From Pirellulales bacterium (lineage in GTDB: Bacteria; Planctomycetota; Planctomycetia; Pirellulales; PNKZ01): DNA of 64,000 nucleotides. The DNA lies in contig DATAXP010000075.1 of NCBI GenBank assembly GCA_036272935.1, positions 20,511 through 84,510 of the forward strand, read 5' to 3'. A program made the translations under genes and the position numbers. Below the pieces are notes generated by a model, which was not told the origin of the DNA, searched no databases, and saw only the letters and a list, made by a program, of their open reading frames with translations. Of this stretch, positions 48,886 through 57,215 are shown one piece after another (position 1 is the stretch's first letter; every line of letters begins with the position of its first letter).

Positions 48886-49257
48886 GTGGGCCTGGTTTGG
48901 CCGAAATCGTCACGAGCGAAAATCAGTCCGCTTCTGAAGGGCATCAAGCAACCGTTTTCCAATCGCGTCCGCCAAACGCTTGAAGAGGGGGGTGATCCAT
49001 TGATGAAGCAGCTCACGATTCCTGAGCGGCCGGGCAAGGACGCATTTCGATTCTGGCAAGAAGGGGGTGGCTACGACCGCAACCTGACGACGTCGAAAGC
49101 GGCTTATTCGGTCATTGATTACCTTCACTTGAACCCGGTTCGTCGTGGCTTGGTCGAGCACCCGAGACAGTGGAAATGGTCGAGCTTTCGGTACTACGAA
49201 TCTGATGGCATGCACGTCGAGCCGGATACGCCGAGGATCGACCCGCTGCCACAGTAG
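48886..49257 (+). mobile_element. remnant of a RayT / IS200-like Y1 (HUH) transposase: C-terminal part only, HUH-motif region absent
   Basis: LVWPKSSRAKISPLLKGIKQPFSNRV...FRFWQEGGGYDRNL...VIDYLHLNPVRRGLVEHPRQWKWSSFRYY matches the C-terminal two thirds of REP-associated tyrosine transposases. Stops in this frame at 48835 and 48841, and no HxH in any frame upstream. Confidence 0.7.
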
Positions 49258-49290
49258 TTTTGGGATGCTCGTTAGCTCAAGCCACAAAAG

Positions 49291-49340
49291 CACTGGCTGG
49301 CAAGCAGCCAGTGGCACCCGGCAGGCAGCCAGTGGGAACC
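49291..49340. repeat. repeat copy A: CACTGGCTG-GCAAG-CAGCCAGTG hairpin plus GCACCCGGCAGGCAGCCAGTGGGAACC
   Basis: Perfect 9-bp stem. The first 32 nt match 50502-50533 at 31 of 32 positions, in direct orientation. Confidence 0.8.
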
Positions 49341-49343
49341 AAG

Positions 49344-49874
49344 TCACGACTTTCGCTTGAGTTCGAAGACAACGTTTCCCGAGGGCTTTCCGTCGTTGTA
49401 ATGCGTCCACTCGCTGCGCAAGGTGTCCTTGTCGACGAACGTGTAGGTGACGTCGTGCATGTACATGTCCTTGTCGGACCCCAGATTCGTCGCCCGCACG
49501 AACTTGAACGCGACTGTTTTGCTTTTCCCGTCGCCGGGGGCCTTCATTTGGGGCTGGTTGCCGAGCATGCAGTAATGCGTGAGTACCAAGTCGGGACCGT
49601 CGCCGTGAATCACGGTGACCATCTCGTGATCGGTACCCGGAGAGATTGTCTCGACCACCGCGCTTCCGCCGGCGGTCACCTTGTAGTTGACGGTGAACTC
49701 CTTTTCGTCCCCGCCAACCTGTTTCGCCACCCAGTCGCCGGTCAAGGCCTTGAACGCATCGAGACCCGGGCAGCTTGCGACGGTCGGATGATGCTCATCG
49801 GCGCCGCGAGCCTCCATCACTCCTGCGGCAAGCAATGCGAGCACCAGGCAACCGAGCGATGTTCGAGACTGCAT
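49344..49874 (-). CDS. secreted small beta-rich protein (DUF1579-like from memory; needs HMM confirmation)
   Basis: The ATG at complement 49872-49874 has GGAGGA upstream and gives MQSRTSLGCLVLALLAAGVMEARG. LTGDWVAK...THYCMLGNQPQM...FELKR. Confidence 0.7.
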   Translation of the reverse strand: MQSRTSLGCLVLALLAAGVMEARGADEHHPTVASCPGLDAFKALTGDWVAKQVGGDEKEFTVNYKVTAGGSAVVETISPGTDHEMVTVIHGDGPDLVLTHYCMLGNQPQMKAPGDGKSKTVAFKFVRATNLGSDKDMYMHDVTYTFVDKDTLRSEWTHYNDGKPSGNVVFELKRKS

Positions 49875-49921
49875 TGCGATTCCTCCGTTGCACGCGGTTC
49901 GTGAAGATATTTTCCTCGGCA

Positions 49922-50464
49922 TCATATCATGTCCCGCCACGCCAAGATGCTCTCGATGACATCCGTCTTTGCTTGAGCGTATTCGTTCATGTGGTTCCAC
50001 GAGCGGGCTGCGAGTCGACGCTTGACGGCTTCGTAGCGGGCGCGGTCCTCGGCATTGGCGCGCAGACGGTCGCGGAAAACCAGATAGCGATCAATCTCTG
50101 GCGAATCGGGCGAGAAGAAGTGAATGTGCACATCGCGCTCGGGCGTCCGGAGCATGCGATGTTCGAAGAAGCTCGGCTCGCGGACTCGCAGTTGGTAGCC
50201 GACCGCTTCGAGCGCCGGGAGATAGGACGATTCGTCTGCCGACTGCGGCACGACCGCCAGGATGTCGATAATCGGTTTCGCGGCGAGTCCGGGCACGGAG
50301 GTCGAGCCGATGTGCTCGATGCGCAGCAGTGCTTGCCCGAGGGCTGCGCAGATGATCGCGGCGTGGTGTGCGTAACGGGCGGGCCAAGCGGGGTCGTACG
50401 GCACGATGATGATCGGTTGCTTCTCGAACCCGCCGATGAAGCATGCCTCGGGGTTGTCGTCCAT
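49922..50464 (-). CDS. GrpB/UPF0157-family protein
   Basis: IIVPYDPAWPARYAHHAAIICAALGQALLRIEHIGSTSVPGLAAKPIIDILAVV...HIHFF. Confidence 0.85.
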   Translation of the reverse strand: MDDNPEACFIGGFEKQPIIIVPYDPAWPARYAHHAAIICAALGQALLRIEHIGSTSVPGLAAKPIIDILAVVPQSADESSYLPALEAVGYQLRVREPSFFEHRMLRTPERDVHIHFFSPDSPEIDRYLVFRDRLRANAEDRARYEAVKRRLAARSWNHMNEYAQAKTDVIESILAWRDMI

Positions 50465-50501
50465 TTCAGCACTACGACTGGTTAATCGACGACTTATAAC
50501 G

Positions 50502-50566
50502 CACTGGCGGGCAAGCAGCCAGTGGCACCCGGCCGCCAGCAGATCGGCTACACTGGCGGGCCGGGG
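50502..50566. repeat. repeat copy B: CACTGGCGGGCAAGCAGCCAGTGGCACCCGGCC... plus a second hairpin CCGGCCGCCAG...CTGGCGGGCCGG
   Basis: Direct repeat of 49291-49322. CACTGGCGGGC recurs at 50551-50561. Confidence 0.8.
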
Positions 50567-50591
50567 GGATTAGCAGTCGTGAGGAGTTTCG

Positions 50592-51278
50592 ATGTCGAAG
50601 AAGATGATCAAGTTGATCCACGGGATCGTCGAGTTTCGCGAGACGAGGCTGCCGAAGTATGCCGAGCATTTTCGGCACCTGGCCGAGGGGCAGTGTCCCG
50701 ATGCCCTGTTCATCACCTGCTCCGACAGCCGCGTGGTGCCCGAGCTGCTGGCCTCGACCGATCCCGGCGAGCTGTTCGTGAATCGCAACGTCGGCAACAT
50801 GATCCCGCCAGCGACCGCCGAAGGGAACTCGACCGGCGACCTGTCGGAGGCGGCCGGGATCGAGTTTGCCGTGAACGTGCTGGGGGTCGAGAACATCGTC
50901 ATCTGCGGCCACTCGGAATGCGGAGCGATGCGCGCGGCGCTCGATCCGTCGGCGGTACCGAAGGGATCGAACCTAGGCAAGTGGCTGCACCATTGTGCCT
51001 CGGCGGTGTTCCGGCTCGAGCAGGAAGGCCCCCTCGACCGATCGTTGAGCGTTCACAACCAGCTTTCGCAGGTGAACGTGCTGGTGCAACTCGAGCATCT
51101 GATGACCTATCCGATCGTCAAAGAGAAAGTCCTAGCAAAGAAGATTCGCATCTGCGGTTGGTGGTTCGAAATCCGCTCGGGGGAGATGCACGCCTACAAT
51201 AAGGAAGCCCGGAAGTTCGAACCGATCGATCGCGACGCCTCGGTCCGCATCATCGAACGCATCGCCGCGGGGCGGTGA
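50592..51278 (+). CDS. beta-class carbonic anhydrase
   Basis: GAGGAG RBS. Zinc ligands in FITCSDSRVVPE and ICGHSECGAM. Confidence 0.9.
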   Translation: MSKKMIKLIHGIVEFRETRLPKYAEHFRHLAEGQCPDALFITCSDSRVVPELLASTDPGELFVNRNVGNMIPPATAEGNSTGDLSEAAGIEFAVNVLGVENIVICGHSECGAMRAALDPSAVPKGSNLGKWLHHCASAVFRLEQEGPLDRSLSVHNQLSQVNVLVQLEHLMTYPIVKEKVLAKKIRICGWWFEIRSGEMHAYNKEARKFEPIDRDASVRIIERIAAGR

Positions 51279-51285
51279 GGGGCAA

Positions 51286-51410
51286 AATGACGAATGTCGA
51301 AATTCGAATGACGAATCAAGCTCGAAATCCGAAGCTCGAACCGGCATAATCACCGTTCGTCATTCGTGCTTCGTCATTGATTCGTCATTCGAATTTCGTC
51401 ATTCGTCATT
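51286..51410. repeat. long word-built inverted repeat (AATGACGAAT / AATTCGAATG words); arms pair 33 of 34 and then degrade
   Basis: The left arm from 51286 and the reverse complement of the segment ending at 51410 align at AATGACGAATG[T/A]CGAAATTCGAATGACGAATCAA. It fills the spacer up to the GGAGGA RBS of tpiA. Confidence 0.85.
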
Positions 51411-51423
51411 CTCCGGAGGAGCC

Positions 51424-52183
<760 letters not shown>

Positions 52184-52185
<2 letters not shown>

Positions 52186-52260
52186 GGCAGAAGTCAGAAG
52201 GAGGAATGCAGAAGTGGATCGCCTGCCGACTTCTGCATTCATCCTTCTGCCTTCTGCATT
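52184..52260. repeat. long word-built inverted repeat (CAGAAG words); 32-nt arms pair at 29 of 32, 13-nt loop
   Basis: AAGGCAGAAGTCAGAAGGAGGAATGCAGAAGT (52184-52215) against ACTTCTGCATTCATCCTTCTGCCTTCTGCATT (52229-52260). The left arm overlaps the tpiA stop. Confidence 0.85.
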
Positions 52261-52275
52261 TTCTGAGGGCGACCG

Positions 52276-52728
52276 ATGAACGTGCTGCTGGGAACGTTGA
52301 TGCTGGTGACGTCGATCTTTTTGATCCTGCTGGTGCTGGTCCAGCGCGGTCGCGGCGGCGGTCTGGCCGGAGCACTCGGCGGCATGGGTGGCCAGAGCGC
52401 GTTCGGCACCAAGGCTGGCGACCTGTTCACGCGGATCACCATCGGCGTGGCTTTTGTCTGGATCGTACTCAGCATTGTTGCCGTGAAGTACTACAGCCAC
52501 AGCGGCGAGGAATTCGACAACATGGGCACCGCGACACAAACCGCTCCGATCGCGTCGTCGGCTGCACCTTCAGGCACGACAACACCAAGCACCCCCACGG
52601 CACCAACGACTGAAGCAGCGCCGACGGGCGGATCGACCAGCGCGCCCGCCGCACAGACGCCGGCGCCCCCGGCGACGAGCGCCCCGGCGACGAGCACACC
52701 GTCGGAGACGCCCGCCAAGACGCCGTAG
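52276..52728 (+). CDS. secG: preprotein translocase subunit SecG with a long Pro/Thr/Ala-rich C-terminal extension
   Basis: [35 protein letters not shown] core, then a second TM helix, then a roughly 75-aa low-complexity tail. Confidence 0.85.
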   Translation: MNVLLGTLMLVTSIFLILLVLVQRGRGGGLAGALGGMGGQSAFGTKAGDLFTRITIGVAFVWIVLSIVAVKYYSHSGEEFDNMGTATQTAPIASSAAPSGTTTPSTPTAPTTEAAPTGGSTSAPAAQTPAPPATSAPATSTPSETPAKTP

Positions 52729-52833
52729 GCCGGCGACCTGTTTGATATGGCCGGTCGCCGTGACGACCGCGTTTTGGCGCAACGCCCCTGGCTCGCCATC
52801 GAGCCGCCGGAGACGATCACCTTGCTGCTCAGC

Positions 52834-53706
52834 ATGACCGGTTTCGGCGAAGCCCATTACCAAGGCGACGGCCTGTCGATCGGCATCGAGCTGCGCACCA
52901 TCAACAGCCGGTACTTCAAGCTGACGGTGAAATGTGGCGAGGGGTATAGCGCGCTTGAGGCCGAGATTGAGAACGTTGTGCGGCAGCAGATTCGCCGCGG
53001 CACGTTGCAACTGACCCTGCACGTTCATCGCACCAAGGCCTCGGACGATTTTCAAATCAACATCGCGGTGCTCGACAGCTACCGCCGTCAGTTGACCGTC
53101 CTGGGGCAGCAGTGGCACGTGCCGCAGCCGCCGCCGCTGGAAAGCCTGCTGTCGCTGCCGGGAGTGATCAGCGAGCACGTGCCCAGCGCCGACGATGCCG
53201 AGCGCGATTGGCCGGTGATCCATTCGACGCTCGAGGCCGCCTTGGAAAACCTGTCCAAGATGCGGACCGAAGAAGGCCGCGCGATGGCTGACGATCTGCG
53301 CAATAACTGCCGCACGGTAAGCGGCGAACTGGCGGAGATCGATCGTCGCGTGCCAATGGTCTCCGAAGCGTATCGGCAGCGCTTGGCCGATCGGCTGCAA
53401 ACGGTGCTCACCGAGTACCAGGTGACGCTCGATCCCTCGGACGTGGTGCGCGAGGTGAGCATTTTCGCCGAGCGGAGCGATATTTCCGAGGAAATCGTGC
53501 GGCTGCGGAGCCATTTGCAGCAGTTCGACTCGATCATGGAACTGCCCGAAAGCTCGGGGCGTAAGCTAGATTTTCTTACCCAGGAGATGTTTCGCGAAGC
53601 GAACACGATCGGCTCGAAGGCGAACGACGCCGAGATCTCTCGGCGCGTGATCGACATCAAGGCCGCCATCGAACGCATCCGCGAAATGATCCAGAACGTG
53701 GAGTGA
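52834..53706 (+). CDS. yicC: YicC-family protein
   Basis: MTGFGEAHYQ start (family SMTGFG), FKLTVK, and the C-terminal REANTIGSKANDAEISRRVIDIKAAIERIREMIQNVE. The track start at 52747 is less likely. Confidence 0.85.
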   Translation: MTGFGEAHYQGDGLSIGIELRTINSRYFKLTVKCGEGYSALEAEIENVVRQQIRRGTLQLTLHVHRTKASDDFQINIAVLDSYRRQLTVLGQQWHVPQPPPLESLLSLPGVISEHVPSADDAERDWPVIHSTLEAALENLSKMRTEEGRAMADDLRNNCRTVSGELAEIDRRVPMVSEAYRQRLADRLQTVLTEYQVTLDPSDVVREVSIFAERSDISEEIVRLRSHLQQFDSIMELPESSGRKLDFLTQEMFREANTIGSKANDAEISRRVIDIKAAIERIREMIQNVE

Positions 53707-53716
53707 GATCTGGGGG

Positions 53717-53805
53717 AATGCGGAATTTGGAATGGGGAGTGGGGAATGAAAGAGTCACAGTTACAATCACTGACATTCCCCATTCGCCATTCCGAATTCC
53801 CCATT
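53717..53805. repeat. long word-built inverted repeat (GGAATG / GGGGAAT words); 32-nt arms pair at 28 of 32, 25-nt loop
   Basis: AATGCGGAATTTGGAATGGGGAGTGGGGAATG (53717-53748) against CATTCCCCATTCGCCATTCCGAATTCCCCATT (53774-53805). Confidence 0.85.
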
Positions 53806-53814
53806 GACGGCGTT

Positions 53815-54420
53815 ATGGACAGCCCATCGTCGACACGCCCTGCCGCCGGGCAGGTCATTGTCATTTCCGGCCCCTCGGGAGCCGGCAAGACTACACTGCT
53901 GCGCAAGCTGCTGGCCGACTGTCCGTTGCCGCTCCAGCGCTCGGTGTCGGCCACCACGCGCTCGCCGCGCCCCGGCGAGCAGCCCGACGTCGACTACCAC
54001 TTCCTCAGCCGCGATGAGTTTCAGCGCCGCCGCCAAGCGGGCGACTTCCTCGAATGCTGCGAAGTATTCGGCCGCGGCGACTGGTACGGCACGCTGGTCA
54101 GCGAAGTTGCCCCTCGACTCGTCCGCGGAAAATGGGTAATCTTAGAGGTCGACGTACAAGGAGCGATGGCGGTCCTTGAGCAGTATCCCGACGCACTGAC
54201 GATCTTTGTCCTCCCCGGAAACATTGAGCAGTTGCAGCGCCGGCTGGCGGGGCGGGGGACCGAATCGGACGAGTCGATGGCGCGGCGGCTCGATGCGGCG
54301 GCACGCGAACTTTCGATGGCCGACCGGTACCGTCATCGCGTCGTCAACGAAAATCTCGACCAGGCGGTGGGCGATATCTGCGCGATCCTCAAGCAAGAGT
54401 TAAATAAGTCGAACGAGTAA
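53815..54420 (+). CDS. gmk: guanylate kinase
   Basis: VIVISGPSGAGKTTLL, SATTRSPRPGEQPDVDYHF. The start is set at the ATG at 53815 because the track start at 53746 lies inside the hairpin. Confidence 0.9.
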   Translation: MDSPSSTRPAAGQVIVISGPSGAGKTTLLRKLLADCPLPLQRSVSATTRSPRPGEQPDVDYHFLSRDEFQRRRQAGDFLECCEVFGRGDWYGTLVSEVAPRLVRGKWVILEVDVQGAMAVLEQYPDALTIFVLPGNIEQLQRRLAGRGTESDESMARRLDAAARELSMADRYRHRVVNENLDQAVGDICAILKQELNKSNE

Positions 54421-54496
54421 AGAGTTGTGCAAGCCGCCCATCGGCTTGCCTCTTCGCGGTTAACAACAAACCATTCGATACGGAGCATGAGACACG

Positions 54497-54760
54497 ATGA
54501 TCGACGAACTGCGTGAAGAAGCGATCGTGAACAAGGTCGGTGGACGGTTCAAGCTCTCCACGCTGATTCAAAAGCGGCTGGTGGCGCTCAACGGCGGCAG
54601 CCGGCCGCTGGTCGACATGGACACGACCGACAAACTCGAGATCGTGATCCAGGAAATCATGCAGGACAAGATCTACCTCGACACCTCGGGCCAGGTCCGC
54701 CAGGCGACCCCGTCGGAAGAAGCAGGCGGCCCGCCGGAACTCGACCTGGCGAATCTGTAG
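54497..54760 (+). CDS. rpoZ: DNA-directed RNA polymerase subunit omega
   Basis: An 87-aa protein directly downstream of gmk, which is the conserved gmk-rpoZ synteny. [20 protein letters not shown] core. Confidence 0.75.
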   Translation: MIDELREEAIVNKVGGRFKLSTLIQKRLVALNGGSRPLVDMDTTDKLEIVIQEIMQDKIYLDTSGQVRQATPSEEAGGPPELDLANL

Positions 54761-54772
54761 CAGGCGGGCGTC

Positions 54773-54843
54773 GGGCTACAGGCTACGGGGAGCCGACTGG
54801 AACATGTTCCATACTTTTCCCTGTAGCCCGTAGCCTGTAGCCC
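54773..54843. repeat. word-built inverted repeat (CTACAGG / CTACGGG words): perfect 17-bp stem with a nested 12-bp palindrome GGAACATGTTCC in the loop
   Basis: GGGCTACAGGCTACGGG (54773-54789) is the exact reverse complement of 54827-54843. The 3' arm abuts the coaC ATG at 54844. The inner palindrome is at 54799-54810. Confidence 0.9.
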
Positions 54844-55407
54844 ATGAAATCCGAACTCATTATCGGCGTCACCGGAGGCATCGCGGCGTACAAGACCGCG
54901 GCCTTGGTCAGCCAGTTGGTGCAGGCGGGGGCGGGTGTCTCAGTGGTGATGACCGAGGCGGCCGAGCACTTTGTCGGCCCTGCCACGTTCGCCGCGCTCA
55001 CGGGGCGCAGCGTGCATCGTCACGTCTTCGGCGATGCCGAGTTTCCTCTCGGCGCGCACATCACCGTGGCCCAGCGCGCCGAGCTGCTGTGCGTCGCCCC
55101 GGCAACGGCTGACTTTTTGGCGCAAGCTGCTCACGGTTTGGCGCACGATCTGTTAAGCACGCTGATGCTTTCGTTCACAGGCCCAGTGCTCGTAGCGCCA
55201 GCGATGAACAACCAGATGTGGTCAAAGCCTGCCGTTCAGCGCAATGTCGAGCAGCTTCGCCGCGACGGCGTGCGGATCATCGATCCCGAAGAAGGTTGGT
55301 TGAGCTGCCGCGACGTCGGCCCCGGTCGCATGGCCGCGCCGGAACGCATCTTCGCGGCCATCGCCGAGACGCTCCGCCAATCCCAACCCCCAGCCCCCAA
55401 CCCCTAG
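54844..55407 (+). CDS. coaC: phosphopantothenoylcysteine decarboxylase (flavoprotein domain of CoaBC)
   Basis: IIGVTGGIAAYKTAALVSQLV, PAMNNQMW. It ends at the TAG at 55405-55407, in the same frame as the following coaB ORF. Confidence 0.88.
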   Translation: MKSELIIGVTGGIAAYKTAALVSQLVQAGAGVSVVMTEAAEHFVGPATFAALTGRSVHRHVFGDAEFPLGAHITVAQRAELLCVAPATADFLAQAAHGLAHDLLSTLMLSFTGPVLVAPAMNNQMWSKPAVQRNVEQLRRDGVRIIDPEEGWLSCRDVGPGRMAAPERIFAAIAETLRQSQPPAPNP

Positions 55408-55416
55408 CCCCTCCGC

Positions 55417-56049
55417 TTGTCCCGCATCCTCATCACCTCCGGGCCGACGCGGCAATACCTCGACCCGGTGCGCTATCTCACCAATGCTTCGAGCGGCCGG
55501 ATGGGGCAGGCCCTGGTGCAGGCCGCACTGGCGCGCGGTCACGAGGTGGTGGTGGTCAGCGGTCCCGTCGAGATCGAGTATCCCGCGGCAGCCGAAGTGG
55601 TGCCGGTCGTGTCGACCGAGGACATGCTCGAGGCCGGCCAGCGCATATTCCCGCGCTGCGATGGACTGATCGGCGTCGCGGCACCGTGCGATTATCGACC
55701 CCGGAAAGTCGAGCCGGGAAAGATCGCCAAGACCGGTGCCCCGCTGGCCTTGGAGCTGATCGAAACGCCCGACGTGGTGGCGACACTCGGGGCGATGAAA
55801 AAGCAGCAGTGGCTCGTCGGCTTCGCGCTTGAAACCGACGACCATCGGCTGCGCGCCCTGGCCAAGCTGCAAAAGAAATGCTGCGACCTAATGGTGGTCA
55901 ACAGTCCCTCGGCGATGAACGCCGTCGACACCGAGGTGGAGATCATCGAGCCGCACGGCGACGTGATCGCCACGCTCACCGGCTCGAAGCTGGAAGTGGC
56001 CGAGCGCCTGTTCGCAGTAATCCAGGAACGGCTGGTCAAGAAGATTTGA
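55417..56049 (+). CDS. coaB: phosphopantothenate--cysteine ligase (CoaB domain)
   Basis: ILITSGPTRQYLDPVRYLTNASSGRMG. The only nearby start is the TTG at 55417 with no visible SD. It is in frame with coaC, 9 nt after its TAG. Confidence 0.8.
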   Translation: MSRILITSGPTRQYLDPVRYLTNASSGRMGQALVQAALARGHEVVVVSGPVEIEYPAAAEVVPVVSTEDMLEAGQRIFPRCDGLIGVAAPCDYRPRKVEPGKIAKTGAPLALELIETPDVVATLGAMKKQQWLVGFALETDDHRLRALAKLQKKCCDLMVVNSPSAMNAVDTEVEIIEPHGDVIATLTGSKLEVAERLFAVIQERLVKKI

Positions 56050-56086
56050 TAACAGCTATTGGTCGTCCGAACGCTCGGCGGAGCCA

Positions 56087-57207
56087 TCACCTTCGCTGTT
56101 GGTACGGCAGGTGATCTTCGTAACGGCGAAGCTGAAAATTCAAATCGTCGCGGGCGTCCATTGGGGCGAGATTAATTGCCTGCCGTTCATATTTGGTCGC
56201 CGCCTCGAAGTCGCCAGTCGACGCAAAAGCAGCCGCCAGCGTATCGAGATACGCCCACTTTTCCCAATGGGTCGATTCGCTGCCGAGCGCCCGTGCTGAT
56301 TTCGCGTTCCGCTTAAGCGCCTCGTTGCAGTCGGCGAGGGCAAGGTCATATTGCTTTAGCCACAACCGGATTCTGCTTTGCTCGACGTAAGGCATTTCGC
56401 TTCGCGGATCGAGCGATATTGCTTTGGCGCAATCGGCGAGCGCGGCGTCATCCTGTCCGAGCGCATGGTAGATCTCGGCGCGATTAGTGTAGGCTCCAGC
56501 GTTACGCGGCGCGAGCTTTATCCATTCGTCCAAGTCGCTCAGCGAACTAGCAACTAGCCCACGCCTGTTTTTCCCGCCACGCCCAACTGCGGGCTTTGTA
56601 GGCATTGACATCGTTCGGGCCGAGACACAGCGCGCCGCTCGCATCGGCAATCGCGGAGTCCCACCTCGCTTGGGCAACGGCGAGATGAGCACGCTGGCTG
56701 CGATAAAACGCCACTTCGGGCTTTCGTGCGATCGCTTCGTCGATGTCGCTCTTTGCGGCCGCGAAGTCTCCCTTCTCTTGCAAGGCGGCGCTACGGCAAC
56801 TCCAGGCGGTGTCGTCGTTGGGTTCTAACCCTATTGCCTCTGTGAAGTCGTCGATGCCTGTCCCGAGGTCGCCAATCGCTACCCGAGCCATCCCGCGAAC
56901 AGTATAAGCGTCAATGAGTAAAGGGTTGATTCGAATCGCCGTGTCGCAGTGGGTGATCGCTTCTCTATAGAGATGCGCCTTGTAATGCAGCGCACCGCAG
57001 AGGGCTGGAGAGTTTCGCGTTCTTGGGAGCGAGGCTTTCCAGCAGAGCCAAGAACGAAGCCGCATTATGAATCGCTTCTGCATTCGCAGAATCGACGTTC
57101 GTGCTGTCGACCGGGACAAGAGAGAAAAGTCCGATGTGCTCCTGGGCTGAACAGGGATACGCGATCGCCGTGTACAAACTCACAAAGATAATAAAGGGAG
57201 CATGCAC
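56087..57207 (-). pseudogene. TPR-repeat protein gene disrupted by a 7-bp tandem duplication (56545-56558) and probably a second 1-nt frameshift near 56995-57005
   Basis: Six consecutive 34-aa TPR units read through if one AACTAGC copy is removed (...KQAWASSLSDLDEWIKLAPRN...). The N-terminal signal-like and first TPR segment (..FIIFVSLYTAIAYPCSAQE..AEAIHNAASFLALLESLAPKN) lies in another frame. GC content is lower than in the flanks. Confidence 0.75.
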
Positions 57208-57215
57208 GCTGTTGA

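Noticed and set aside
47600-50570. A defence or toxin-antitoxin island in the lower-GC islet.
   Set aside because: I could not recognise any nuclease, ATPase, methyltransferase, toxin or antitoxin motifs. The contents resolve to a transposase remnant, repeats, a GrpB protein, a small secreted protein and one orphan duplicated-module protein.
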